Source: an uncultured delta proteobacterium
GTDB lineage: Bacteria; Myxococcota_A; Polyangia; Polyangiales; Polyangiaceae
Reading direction: 5' to 3'
NCBI GenBank assembly: GCA_963841435.1
Contig: CAWJCS010000004.1
Location: 800,001 to 864,000, forward strand
Length of the DNA stretch: 64,000 bases
Part shown: in pieces, positions 1 through 9,578 of the stretch
Position numbering within the stretch: position 1 is the stretch's first letter
Layout of the letters: each line of letters begins with the position of its first letter
Position numbers and translations under genes: made by a program
The notes under the pieces: model-generated
What the model was told of the DNA's origin: nothing
What the model saw: only the letters and a program-made list of their open reading frames with translations
Database searches by the model: none

Positions 1-861
1 GTCGCGCGCGCCGCCCGCCGCGCCGGGCTCACGGTTGCGCTCTCCGGGCTCGGCGGCGACGAGCTATTCGGCGGCTATGCGAGCTTCCGCGACGCCCCGC
101 GCGCCACTCGGCTCGCCCGCGCCGTGTCGGGCCTGGACGGCGCGAGAGCGCCGTTGTCGCATCTCGTCGAGCGTCTGGGGCCCGCGTTGGGCGTCGATCG
201 GCGAGCCACCTTCAAGTTGGCGGAGGTCCTGCGCCGACCAGCGGACTTGTTGCAGATGTATCTCTTGCGGCGCGAGCTATTTCCGCTGAAGGACCGGCGG
301 GCGCTGCACCCCCTGCCGGACGGCAGCGACCCATTCTGCGGGATCGACGCGACCGTTCTCGCCGAGCTCAGGCACGGCGCGCGATCCGGCACCCCGCGAG
401 ATCGCGTCGCGGCGTTCGAGCTCAATGGTTACATGCGCCACATGCTGCTTCGCGACAGCGACGTGTTCTCGATGGCGCACGGTCTAGAAATCCGCGTGCC
501 GTTGCTCGAGCACTACGTGGTGGCGCAGGCAGCCCGCGCGCGTGGCCGCTGGCGCGGTCCGGATCCGCGGGCGAAGCCACTGCTCGTCGATGCTGCGGGA
601 CCGCGCTTGCCGGCACGCGCTTACGGCGGAAGAAAGCGCGGGTTCACTCTGCCGTGGGCGAGCTGGCTGAGCGGCCCGTTGCGCGCGCGCGTCGAAGGAG
701 CGCTCTCACGGGACGGACTGCGCGACGCTGGGCTCGAGCCTCGCGCGGCTCGCGGCATGTGGCAGCGCTTTCTTGCTGGCGACCGCGGTGTCTCCGCGCT
801 TCAGCTGCTCGGCCTGGTCGTGCTCGACGAGCTCGTGAGTCGAGAAAGACTGCGGGCCTGA
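1..861 (+). CDS. asnB: Asparagine synthase (glutamine-hydrolysing)-like amidotransferase, 5' truncated by the window edge
   Basis: Frame 1 reads VALSGLGGDELFGGY...LLRDSDVFSMAHGLEIRVPLL...KRGF, AsnB synthetase motifs; this family is common in glycan clusters. Confidence 0.9.
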   Translation, partial: VARAARRAGLTVALSGLGGDELFGGYASFRDAPRATRLARAVSGLDGARAPLSHLVERLGPALGVDRRATFKLAEVLRRPADLLQMYLLRRELFPLKDRRALHPLPDGSDPFCGIDATVLAELRHGARSGTPRDRVAAFELNGYMRHMLLRDSDVFSMAHGLEIRVPLLEHYVVAQAARARGRWRGPDPRAKPLLVDAAGPRLPARAYGGRKRGFTLPWASWLSGPLRARVEGALSRDGLRDAGLEPRAARGMWQRFLAGDRGVSALQLLGLVVLDELVSRERLRA

Positions 862-2237
862 GCCCCCTGCGCGGGCGCCTGCGTCGCGCGGGCCCTGGCT
901 TCCCGGGCCCACGAGCCCCCGGCCTGGAGCAGGCTTGCGTTGATCAACCAGAACTCGAGTCCGGTGGTGCTCGCGAAAATTGGGTAGCTGAAGGTCAGCG
1001 CCATGGCTCCCAGGTTGTATCCAGCGACGACCGTGGACCAGTCCTCGAGCTTGGGCGTCGATCGTCGGCGCGCGAGCCGCACGCTGTATGACATCACCAC
1101 GATCAGGGCGAGGGGGTAAACGATGAGCAGCGGGATACCGCCGTCGATCACCCAGGCGTTCCACTGGATTTCTGCGGAGAGATTGTTGTAAAAGTCGTTG
1201 CCAAAATAGTTTGCGACCTGCCCCCAACGACCGAGTCCGGCGCCGAAGGGATAGTTGGGGACGAGCTCGTCGAAGGTATGCTCGAGGTACTTGCCGCGCG
1301 AGCCGTAGTAGACGGCGCCGGGGCTGGCCGCGATGAGCCCCTCGAGCCGCTCGGTCGTGTGCTCGCCTCCGAGGGCGATGGCGATGTAGAGCGCGGCGAC
1401 CGCCAGGCTCGCGCCGACGACGCCCACGATGGCGAGCTTGGAGAAGCGCCCGGTCGACGCGAGGAGCGCGAAGGTCATCGCGAGGCACACGCCGAGCATG
1501 ACGATGAGGCTGCGGATCTGGCAGAGGTAGAGGCACGTCATCCCCGTGAGCGCGCTCAGAATGGCGGCGCTCCGCGCGAAGCGGAAGGGGCGGACGATGT
1601 AAACGCCGACGCCGAGCAGCATCGCGTAGAAGCCGCCGGACGCCGCCCCGCCTGGCGTGTCCGTCAGCCCCATCGGTCGCGGGATGAGCTGCCCGTCGGC
1701 CACCTGAATCAGCAATGCGCCGAGATTGCGGCGGGAAAACTGGCTCACGTCCGCCTGGAAGCGGCCCGGGAACGTGGTCTGCAGCACTCCCATCACGGCG
1801 CTTGCCGTGCTGAAGGCCCACATCGCGACGAGCAGCTTCTCGAAGACCTTCATGTCGCACTTGAGGCGCGCGACCCAGAACACGGGGGCAATGATCGAGA
1901 GGTGGAATGCCAGCGCTGCGACTCGCGCGAGGTAGTCGCCGCCGTCGGGATTGAAGAATGACAAGACCAAGATGGCGATGATCGGCGCCACCGCCACGGG
2001 CACCAGCGTCCTCGCGAGGCTGCGGCCGGGCACGATCAGCATGAACGCGAAGCTCGTCCCGAACGCGAGCGAGCGAAACAGCGGGCGCGCAGAGCCGAAG
2101 CCCGGAACGAGCAGCAGCACCTGGCAGGCGATCTGGATCGTGAGGTAGGCGTACAGCCATTTCGGAGAGGCGCCCGCGGGGGCGCTCGCCGCTCCGGATA
2201 GCGTCCGCGTGCCGACTCGGCTCGAGGTCATGGTCAT
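801..2237 (-). CDS. O-antigen polymerase/ligase-like multi-pass membrane protein
   Basis: About 10-12 hydrophobic segments, RPMG motif, PFGAGLG motif near the C-terminus; lies in a glycan cluster. Confidence 0.65.
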   Translation of the reverse strand: MTMTSSRVGTRTLSGAASAPAGASPKWLYAYLTIQIACQVLLLVPGFGSARPLFRSLAFGTSFAFMLIVPGRSLARTLVPVAVAPIIAILVLSFFNPDGGDYLARVAALAFHLSIIAPVFWVARLKCDMKVFEKLLVAMWAFSTASAVMGVLQTTFPGRFQADVSQFSRRNLGALLIQVADGQLIPRPMGLTDTPGGAASGGFYAMLLGVGVYIVRPFRFARSAAILSALTGMTCLYLCQIRSLIVMLGVCLAMTFALLASTGRFSKLAIVGVVGASLAVAALYIAIALGGEHTTERLEGLIAASPGAVYYGSRGKYLEHTFDELVPNYPFGAGLGRWGQVANYFGNDFYNNLSAEIQWNAWVIDGGIPLLIVYPLALIVVMSYSVRLARRRSTPKLEDWSTVVAGYNLGAMALTFSYPIFASTTGLEFWLINASLLQAGGSWAREARARATQAPAQGAQARSLSRLTSSSSTTRPSS

Positions 2238-3388
2238 GGTCGAGCCTGGGCCGGTTCCGGTGCGCGGCGCCGTGCGCGCGTGAGCTCGGCGAACAGGTCG
2301 CGATAGCGCGCCACCATCGTCGGCTTGGCGAACTCGGACCAGGCGCGTTTCCGGGCGGCGTCACCGAGCTTGCGGCGGAGCGCCTCGTCACGAACGAGCT
2401 GTCCAAGTGCGCGAGCGAGCGCCGCGCTGTCTCTTGCCGGCACCGTGAGGCCCGTGACGCCGTCGGCGCACACCCAGGGCACACCCGAGCGAAGATTGCA
2501 GGCGACGACGGGCTTGCCGCAGGCCATCGCCTCGACCTGGGCGACCCCGAAGGCTTCGTTGGGGCTCACGGAAGGGAACACGAAGATGTCGCAGGCGTGC
2601 AGATAGCACGGCAGGTCGTCGTCGCTCACGTCGCCGCAGAACACCACGCGATCCGCGACGTTCGCGCGGGCCGAAAGGCTTCGAAGCTCGCCCTCGAGCG
2701 GCCCGGTCCCCACCAGCCAAAGCTCGGCGTTGGGCAGCGAGCGCAGGGCCTCGATGGCGTACCGTTGCCCCTTGTAGCCGACGAGGCGGCCCACGTTGAG
2801 CAACACCGAGCGACCGGCGGCGCTCCGTCTGAGGTTCGTGACCCGTGCGGCATCCACCCGCTCCTCCGCGAGCGCCGTCAGATCGAGGCCGTACGGAATG
2901 ACCTCGACCTTGTGGTGGTACGTCGGCAACCAGGACGAGAACTCGAGATGGTTCGGTGTCGCGACGACGATACGATCGGCTCGCCTGAGCACCGCGTGCT
3001 GCAGCGGGCGGTAGGCGTTCAGGGCGGCTCTCTGCCGAATGATGTCGCTATGCCAGCTCAGCACCACCGGTACGCCGCGAGGGGCGAGCACGCAGGCGAG
3101 GTCGGCGAGGGGGTTCGGGGTATGCGCATGAATCACGTCGGCCCGAAAGCGCTGACTCGCGAGCGGGTACTGGGGACAAAGTGGCACGCTGAGCGCGCTG
3201 CCGAAGCTCGCTAGCCGGTGCACGGTGACGCCGTCGGCCCGCTCGCGCGTCGAACGCGGCGCGACGTTGGCGACCACGCACTCGACATCGTCACCGGCGG
3301 CGCTGAACCCGTCGCAGCAGTTGCGGATCAGCGTCTCGATGCCGCCACGAACCGGAGGGTAGAACTTGCCGAGCTCCAGGATCTTCAC
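2234..3388 (-). CDS. Glycosyltransferase family 4
   Basis: KFYPPVRGGIE N-terminus, VGRLVGYKG, EAFGVAQVEAMACGKPVV; GTG start chosen at 3388. Confidence 0.9.
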   Translation of the reverse strand: MKILELGKFYPPVRGGIETLIRNCCDGFSAAGDDVECVVANVAPRSTRERADGVTVHRLASFGSALSVPLCPQYPLASQRFRADVIHAHTPNPLADLACVLAPRGVPVVLSWHSDIIRQRAALNAYRPLQHAVLRRADRIVVATPNHLEFSSWLPTYHHKVEVIPYGLDLTALAEERVDAARVTNLRRSAAGRSVLLNVGRLVGYKGQRYAIEALRSLPNAELWLVGTGPLEGELRSLSARANVADRVVFCGDVSDDDLPCYLHACDIFVFPSVSPNEAFGVAQVEAMACGKPVVACNLRSGVPWVCADGVTGLTVPARDSAALARALGQLVRDEALRRKLGDAARKRAWSEFAKPTMVARYRDLFAELTRARRRAPEPAQARP

Positions 3389-3537
3389 GGCGCGCCAGGC
3401 ATCTCCAGGCGGCAGCTCGACCGCGGCATGCGCCCTCGACGGCCCACCTCGCGGCGCTCGCCCACCCCATGCGAGCGCGGGGACGGTTGACCGGTTCGCA
3501 GCGCCCGCGCTAGCTTCCCGGGTGGAGACACCCAACC

Positions 3538-3927
3538 ATGCGCCATCTATGGCTCGTTCTCGCGATCATCGCGTGCGGCCTTCACGGTTGCAAGAAGGAC
3601 GAGCAGCCGCCGCCACAGCCCGCTCCCTACCAAGCCTATCCGCCCGCGCCCACGGCGGCCGCGCCCGCGCCCGCGGCGCCCGCACCCGCGCCTGTGCCAG
3701 CGGCTCCGGCTCCGGCTCCGACCGTCGCGCAGCCCGCGCCTGCGGCGCCCGCGGGCGGGCTGTCGCAGCCTTCGCCGATGGCGCTGCCGTGCACCTCCGA
3801 CGCGAACTGCCTCACGCACCGCTGCAACGCGCAGTTTGGCAAGTGCGCTTGGCCCTGCCAGTCCGACAACGACTGCAACCCCGGCAATCGTTGCATGGCG
3901 GGGGCCTGCGTGCCTGCAGCCCAGTGA
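3538..3927 (+). CDS. Pro/Ala-rich lipoprotein with Cys-rich C-terminal domain (myxobacterial type)
   Basis: Signal peptide with lipobox LHGC, PAPA linker, CTSDANC/CQSDNDC repeats. Confidence 0.75.
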   Translation: MRHLWLVLAIIACGLHGCKKDEQPPPQPAPYQAYPPAPTAAAPAPAAPAPAPVPAAPAPAPTVAQPAPAAPAGGLSQPSPMALPCTSDANCLTHRCNAQFGKCAWPCQSDNDCNPGNRCMAGACVPAAQ

Positions 3928-4256
3928 CAGAAGCGGAATACGATGCCCACGCTTTGCCAGAGCTCGCCGCGTTAGTACGCGCCCTCGACGCATTGGACGA
4001 GGACGACTTGGTGCCGGAGCTCGCCGGCGACATCCTGACGATCGAATTTTCCGACGACGTACGGTACGTGGTGAACTCGCACCGCGCCGCCCGGCAGATC
4101 TGGATGGCGGCGGAGCGGAGCGCATGGCACTTCGATTGGTCGGAGAGCGCGGGACGCTGGGTTGCAGCCAAGACCGGCGAAGAGCTCTGGTCGGCCTTGG
4201 AAAGCGTGCTGCAAAAGAAGCTGGGGGCGCCCGTTTCGCTCTCTCGGACCGCTTGA
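3924..4256 (+). CDS. cyaY: Iron donor protein CyaY (frataxin)
   Basis: GDILTIEF..YVVNSHRAARQIWMA..AWHFDW..W....GEELW matches the frataxin signature; GTG start overlaps the lipoprotein stop (GTGA). Confidence 0.85.
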   Translation: MTEAEYDAHALPELAALVRALDALDEDDLVPELAGDILTIEFSDDVRYVVNSHRAARQIWMAAERSAWHFDWSESAGRWVAAKTGEELWSALESVLQKKLGAPVSLSRTA

Positions 4257-6061
4257 TGAAAGGGTTCGATGCCCGAATGACGCGAGCTGGCCTGGGTGAC
4301 GCCCTGCGCCAAGAGCTGCGCTCCGTCACTTATCCGTTGCGCCGCCGCGGGCGCCACCGCTTGGGCGCGCTGGCGAACGATGCCTTGCTCACGCTGGGCA
4401 AGGGACCTCGCTTTCAGGAAACGCTGGCGGAGCAATGGAGGCGCATTCTCGCGCGGAGCGAAAGCGTGCTCGCGAGCATGCCTCCCGCCGGCGCGCCGCG
4501 CGTGCTGTTTGGTGCCATGTTCGGCGGTGGTCTGAACCGCGTGATGGACTCGACGCTCGCGATGGCGCTCCGGCTGCGCGGAGCGACCCCGACCATCCTT
4601 CACTGTGATCGTTCCCTCCCGGCGTGCGAGGTCAATGGGCTCGGCAACTGGCAGCCGTCGCCTGGGCCCTTCGCTCCCCTGCGCTTTCGCCACGGCGCCC
4701 AGTACGCCTGTCAGGCTTGCGCGTTCAAGTTGGACGAGAGCCATGGTGGGATCGGGCTACCGAGCGAGATGCTTTCGAGCCACGTCCGCCCGGGGGATCT
4801 CGAGCTCGGTGCGCGCATCGCCGAGGGAGTGAGCCTCGCCGACTTGCGCCACGTCATGCACCGTGGCGTCTGCGTCGGGGAGCACGCGCACTCGTCGCTG
4901 CTCAAGGCCACCTTGCGCGGCGATCCGATCGACGACGAAAAGACGCGCTTCCTCGCCCGCCGCCTGCTCGCCGCGGCGGTCGTCCTCACCGAGGCCGGGG
5001 AGCGCGTGTTCGAGCGTGTGGCGCCGGATCACTTCGTCGTGCCCGATGGCGTGTATCTGACCGCAGGAACGCTGGCGGAGCTCGCCCTCAGGCGCGGCGT
5101 GCACGTGGTGGTGCACGGCGCGCCTTTCCGCCGGGGGACGATCTGGCTCCACCACGGGCAGAGCTACTTTCGCGCCTTCATCAAGGATCGCAACGACGAC
5201 TGGGCACACCTCCGCATGACCCCCGAGCGGCGGCGCGTCGCCGACGAGTACCTCGCCGCCAAGCATTTCGCGACGCGCGACTACATCGCGTACCACAAGG
5301 GGGCGATTCAAGACGAGGGGGCGATTCGAGCGGAGCTCGGGCTCGACGAGCGCCCGATCGTGAGCGTCTTTACGAACGTGCTCTGGGACGCACAGCTCCA
5401 CTACGACTTCAGCGTTTTCAAGAACATGCTCGAGTGGTTGTTCGATACCATTCGCTTTTACGCTGCGCGCGACGATCTGCAGCTCGTCATCCGCATCCAC
5501 CCGGGCGAAGCGCGTGGTGCGTGGCCCACGAACCAGCCCATCCTGCCGGAGCTCGAACGGGAGTTTCGTTCGCTGCCGCCGCACATCAAGATCGTGTCGC
5601 CCGAGAGCCGCGTGAGCTCGTACGTGCTCGGGACGATGAGCCGCGTGGCGCTCGTCTACGGTGCGCGGCTGGGCGTGGAGCTCGTGATCCTCGGCACCCC
5701 CGTGATCGTGGCGGGCGAAGCGCTGATCCGCGGCCGCGGTTTCACCTACGACCCCGCGTCTCGCGACGAGTACTTCGGCCTGCTTGCCGAGGGTGCCGCC
5801 CTTTCGGCCCCCTCGGCCGAGGTGCGCGAGCGGGCCCGAAAGTGGTATTATTACTATCTGTTTCGCATGATGATGCCGTTCCCGTTCTTCGACGGCGATC
5901 CGGTGCGCGAGCGGGGGCTCTCGTTCTACTCGCTCGACGATCTGCTTCCGGGTCGCTCGCCCGTGCTCGATCGCGTCTGCCTGGGCATCACCGACGGAAC
6001 GACGCCGTTCGAGTGGGACGAGTTCGAAGCGGACGACGCAGCAGTCGGCGCACCGCCCTGA
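4256..6061 (+). CDS. Capsule polysaccharide biosynthesis/modification protein (Capsule_synth/KpsS-like C-terminus)
   Basis: FTNVLWDA, LVIRIHPGE, VSSY, GVELVILGTPVIVAGEA motifs; ATG overlaps the cyaY stop (TGATG). Confidence 0.7.
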   Translation: MKGFDARMTRAGLGDALRQELRSVTYPLRRRGRHRLGALANDALLTLGKGPRFQETLAEQWRRILARSESVLASMPPAGAPRVLFGAMFGGGLNRVMDSTLAMALRLRGATPTILHCDRSLPACEVNGLGNWQPSPGPFAPLRFRHGAQYACQACAFKLDESHGGIGLPSEMLSSHVRPGDLELGARIAEGVSLADLRHVMHRGVCVGEHAHSSLLKATLRGDPIDDEKTRFLARRLLAAAVVLTEAGERVFERVAPDHFVVPDGVYLTAGTLAELALRRGVHVVVHGAPFRRGTIWLHHGQSYFRAFIKDRNDDWAHLRMTPERRRVADEYLAAKHFATRDYIAYHKGAIQDEGAIRAELGLDERPIVSVFTNVLWDAQLHYDFSVFKNMLEWLFDTIRFYAARDDLQLVIRIHPGEARGAWPTNQPILPELEREFRSLPPHIKIVSPESRVSSYVLGTMSRVALVYGARLGVELVILGTPVIVAGEALIRGRGFTYDPASRDEYFGLLAEGAALSAPSAEVRERARKWYYYYLFRMMMPFPFFDGDPVRERGLSFYSLDDLLPGRSPVLDRVCLGITDGTTPFEWDEFEADDAAVGAPP

Positions 6062-6091
6062 GGTCTCGGTGCCCCCTCGGCGCGCACCGGG

Positions 6092-7213
6092 TCACGAGGG
6101 GCCGGGTGCCCCGGCGAGCGCCCGCTCGATGGCGGGCAGGCGCGTGGAGGGGTCACAGAGCTCGCGTGCTCGGCTCGGCCCCGCGGCGCCCAGGCGGCGA
6201 CCGAGCGCGCGATCATGCACGAGCGCGCGCAACGCGTTGGTCAGTGCGTCCTCGTCCGCCGCGAGGAAGCCGACCTCGGGCGTGATGATCTCTCGGGGGC
6301 CGCCCATGTCCATCGTCACGACGGGTAGACCGGCCGCCATGGCCTCGATGAACACCACGCCGAACGGCTCGGCGCCCGCGTTGGGCTGACACTGCACGTC
6401 GGCGGCGGCGAGCAGGCGCGGCACGTCGTTGCGCTGACCGAGGAAGCGCACGCGGCCTGCGATGCCCAGGCTTTCCGCGGTCGCCTTCAGCTGTTGGAAG
6501 TAGGCGTGCTCGACGGGACGCTGCGGACCGCCGACCAGCACGCAGAGCCAGTCGGCTGCGGGTGGCAGTCGCGAGAGCGCCCTCAGGTGGCGCAGCTGGC
6601 CCTTCCAGGGCTCCATGCGGCTCACCTGGATCACGACGGTCGTTTCGGGCCCGGCGCCGAGCTCCGCGCGCAAGCCGGTGCGCTCGGGGTCCGAGAGTCG
6701 CGCTGGTTCCAGGGCCACGGGGTAGAACTCGACCGCCGCCGGAACCCGCCGGAAGATCCGATCGAGCGTGCCCAGGGTGAACTGGCTGTTGCAGATGGCG
6801 AGATCGGTCAGGGTGCGGCCCGCCCAGAGCTCGAAAACGCCGCGGTGGTCGGGGGCGTCGTGGAGCCAGAACACCATGCGCCCAGGCCCGGACTTCGCCG
6901 CCGGTCCGAGCAGCGCCTGCGTCCAGACCGAGTGGCAGACGACCACATCGTAGGCGCCCTCGCGCACCAGCCGCGCCAACCGCCCTCGGGCTCGTGTGAG
7001 GGTCCAGGGCGCGCGGACCCGCACGTGCCCGAGTTGGTGCACGGTGGCGCCGGCTTCCAGAAGCTCCCGTTGTAGGCGACCCTCGAAGCACAACGCGAAT
7101 TCGGAATGCATCGTCGGCGCGACGTCGGCAAAGCGTGCGAGCGTGAGCAGGAACGTCTCGATGCCGCCGAACAGATTGCCCGAGTAAACGTGTAGGACGC
7201 GCAAGGCGGTCAC
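6092..7213 (-). CDS. Glycosyltransferase family 4
   Basis: RVLHVYSGNLFGGIE, SRMEPWKG, EPFGVVFIEAMAAGLPVV. Confidence 0.9.
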   Translation of the reverse strand: MTALRVLHVYSGNLFGGIETFLLTLARFADVAPTMHSEFALCFEGRLQRELLEAGATVHQLGHVRVRAPWTLTRARGRLARLVREGAYDVVVCHSVWTQALLGPAAKSGPGRMVFWLHDAPDHRGVFELWAGRTLTDLAICNSQFTLGTLDRIFRRVPAAVEFYPVALEPARLSDPERTGLRAELGAGPETTVVIQVSRMEPWKGQLRHLRALSRLPPAADWLCVLVGGPQRPVEHAYFQQLKATAESLGIAGRVRFLGQRNDVPRLLAAADVQCQPNAGAEPFGVVFIEAMAAGLPVVTMDMGGPREIITPEVGFLAADEDALTNALRALVHDRALGRRLGAAGPSRARELCDPSTRLPAIERALAGAPGPS

Positions 7214-7289
7214 GGCTCCCGGCGGCAACGCGCGGCCACCGCCGCCGCGTCGAATCCGCGTTTGCCGTGGCAACCCCAGATTTTGCGCG

Positions 7290-8309
7290 TCATTCGATGC
7301 CCAAGAGCGCCCGTGCGACGGGGTCCTGAGTCCGCTCCGCGAGATGGGACAGCCGAGGGAACCCAAGCAAGCTCTCGCTGAAGCGCTGGAACGGGTACGG
7401 CAAGAGGTTCGCGGAGAACGGATGGCAATACCAGATGCTGATCACCAAGCGCGACTCGACCCCGGGCCGGCTGCCGTAGTGCCAGCAGCGGCAGGTGTCC
7501 GCGTACCAGACCGTTCCGCGCGGTCCGAGCGCCTTCTCGATGACCGGCGCACGACCGAGCACCCGCTCGCCGTGCGCGGCCAACTCGGCGTCGCTCAGTC
7601 GGTTCATGTAGCGGCTGCGCCCTAGCGAATCGTTGATCGCGTCCGAATCGTCGGCCGGCACGACATGCAGCGGGCCCGAGCCCTCGCTCACGTCCGAGGC
7701 GTGCACGAACACGCGCATGTGTCGGTCGGCCGGTTCGTCGAGGTGCGGGTACTGGCTGTTGTAGCTTGCCATGCGGTCGCCCATGTCCGACATGGGCGCG
7801 TCGTTCGGCGAATAGAGCAGCGACACCTCGCGCAGAACCGGTAGCGTTCCGAGGTAACGTGCCGCGGGAGCCACGACATCATGGTCGAGAGCCAGGCTGA
7901 CGAAGGGCCCCCCGAGGTCGAGGTCCGAAGCGTCGAGCGGCACGCGCAGCAAGTAGTCCTTGCTGATGGCGAAACGTCCAAGGCCGCCGTCATCGAGCGC
8001 CGCTTTTAGCACCTCTGTAGAGCGCGAAAGCGCGCGCTGGACGACGGGCAGATCGCCGATGAACTGGTGCGCGAGGGCGTTTCCCTCCGGCACGACGAGT
8101 GAGCGCGTCGGTGCCAGTCTGGCCGCCAGCTCCCGGCGGCGCCGGTGGGCGTCCGAGAACTGCCGCTCCGAGACTTCGCGGTAGCGGCGGGCACGCGCGG
8201 GCGTCACGGTCTGTTGCCCGCCCCACTGTCCGACGTGGAGGGTGCGGGTGAAAAGCCGCCTGAGCCGGAAATCGACGCTGCGTTTGGCTTGCTCGAGAAG
8301 GGATGTCAT
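7290..8309 (-). CDS. Fe(II)/2-oxoglutarate (PhyH-like) dioxygenase
   Basis: HxD (PHLDEP), GPLHVVP, GTVWYADT..WHYG distal His and downstream Arg. Confidence 0.65.
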   Translation of the reverse strand: MTSLLEQAKRSVDFRLRRLFTRTLHVGQWGGQQTVTPARARRYREVSERQFSDAHRRRRELAARLAPTRSLVVPEGNALAHQFIGDLPVVQRALSRSTEVLKAALDDGGLGRFAISKDYLLRVPLDASDLDLGGPFVSLALDHDVVAPAARYLGTLPVLREVSLLYSPNDAPMSDMGDRMASYNSQYPHLDEPADRHMRVFVHASDVSEGSGPLHVVPADDSDAINDSLGRSRYMNRLSDAELAAHGERVLGRAPVIEKALGPRGTVWYADTCRCWHYGSRPGVESRLVISIWYCHPFSANLLPYPFQRFSESLLGFPRLSHLAERTQDPVARALLGIE

Positions 8310-8326
8310 GGGGTCGCGTGGCGCGC

Positions 8327-9523
8327 TCAAATGAGACCCGCGCCGCTCAGCACATCGGTGAGCGCGGCGCCGGTCACCACGGCGTCCTTCGAGCTGTAGA
8401 CGGGGGCACCGAAGCCTGGCGAGAGCGGACTGCCCTCGCCGACGTAGGCCGCGGTCTTGACGTCCAGAAAGTTCTCGATGCAAGAGTTGATGACGTAGAG
8501 GCCACGGAACGAGTACGTGCGCGGCAGCTCGGCCTCGTTGATCATGAGCTCGTGGAGCTTCTCGCCTGGACGAATGCCCACGACCTCGACGGGGGGGCGC
8601 TTGCCGAGCTTCTGCATCAAAACCTCGATGAGGTCCGGGATCTTGAAGGCAGGCAAGCGCGGCACGAACACCTCGCCGCCGATGGCGTACTCGAGGGCCC
8701 GCAGGATCAAATCGACGGCTTGCCCCGGCGTGATGATGAAGCGCGTCATGTCGGGGTCGGTCAGCGGCACCGTCTCGCCGTTTTGGATCTTCTTCGAGAA
8801 GAACGGGATGACCGAGCCGGTGCTTTCGAGCACGTTGCCGTAGCGGACGGTCGTGAAAATGGTGCGCTGGTTGCCCTTGTTGTAGTTGCTCTCGCTGAAG
8901 ATGCGTTCCGCGACGAACTTGCACGCCCCGTAGGTGTTGACGGGCGAGCACGCCTTGTCCGTGGAAATGAGGACGGCGCGTTCTACGCCGCTGTACAGGC
9001 AGGCGTTCACCACGTTCAGCGTGCCGACGATGTTGGTCTGGATCGCTTCTTCGACGTTGTACTCGATCATGTCGAGGCGCTTGAGGGCCGCGGCGTGGAT
9101 CACGAGGTCGGCGCCGCGCGTCGCCTTGATCAGCCGCTGATAGTCGCGCACGTCGCCCACCAGCGTTCTGAGGGCGGGGTGGTCGCAGAACTCCTCTTCG
9201 ACGTTGTGGTGCTTCACCTCGTCGCGACTGAAGACGCGAATGCTGTGCGGACGGTATGGCAACAAGGCGCGGATCAGGCTGCGGCCGAGGTAGCCGGTGC
9301 CGCCGGTGATCAGGATCGTCTTGCCCTCGAGCATCTGCCGAAGCCGCGCGGCGTCGTCCGCGGGGGCGATCGTCGCCGTCGCGCCGCGCGACTCCAGCCG
9401 CCGCGAAAGCTCGTCGGCGCGCTGCGTCAGCCGGGCGAGCGCGGAGCGGAGCTCGGTGAGCTCGGCATGATCCTTCTGATCTTCGTGAGACGGGTTGGGT
9501 CGGCTGCTTTGGGACTCGGTCAT
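8327..9523 (-). CDS. pseB: UDP-GlcNAc 4,6-dehydratase (PseB/FlaA1/CapD family)
   Basis: ILITGGTGYLG, FSRDEVK, HAAALK, STDKA, YGACK, VRYGNV, GIRPGEKLHE. Confidence 0.8.
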   Translation of the reverse strand: MTESQSSRPNPSHEDQKDHAELTELRSALARLTQRADELSRRLESRGATATIAPADDAARLRQMLEGKTILITGGTGYLGRSLIRALLPYRPHSIRVFSRDEVKHHNVEEEFCDHPALRTLVGDVRDYQRLIKATRGADLVIHAAALKRLDMIEYNVEEAIQTNIVGTLNVVNACLYSGVERAVLISTDKACSPVNTYGACKFVAERIFSESNYNKGNQRTIFTTVRYGNVLESTGSVIPFFSKKIQNGETVPLTDPDMTRFIITPGQAVDLILRALEYAIGGEVFVPRLPAFKIPDLIEVLMQKLGKRPPVEVVGIRPGEKLHELMINEAELPRTYSFRGLYVINSCIENFLDVKTAAYVGEGSPLSPGFGAPVYSSKDAVVTGAALTDVLSGAGLI

Positions 9524-9578
9524 GGGTTCAGACGGGCAGGAGAGTATGCGCTCGAGCGTGTGATCGGGCGACGGGCTC

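Noticed and set aside
3600-3760. Short GC-rich tandem repeats (GCTCCG, GCGCCC) as a CRISPR-like or VNTR array
   Set aside because: They encode the Pro/Ala linker of the lipoprotein; there is no repeat-spacer structure
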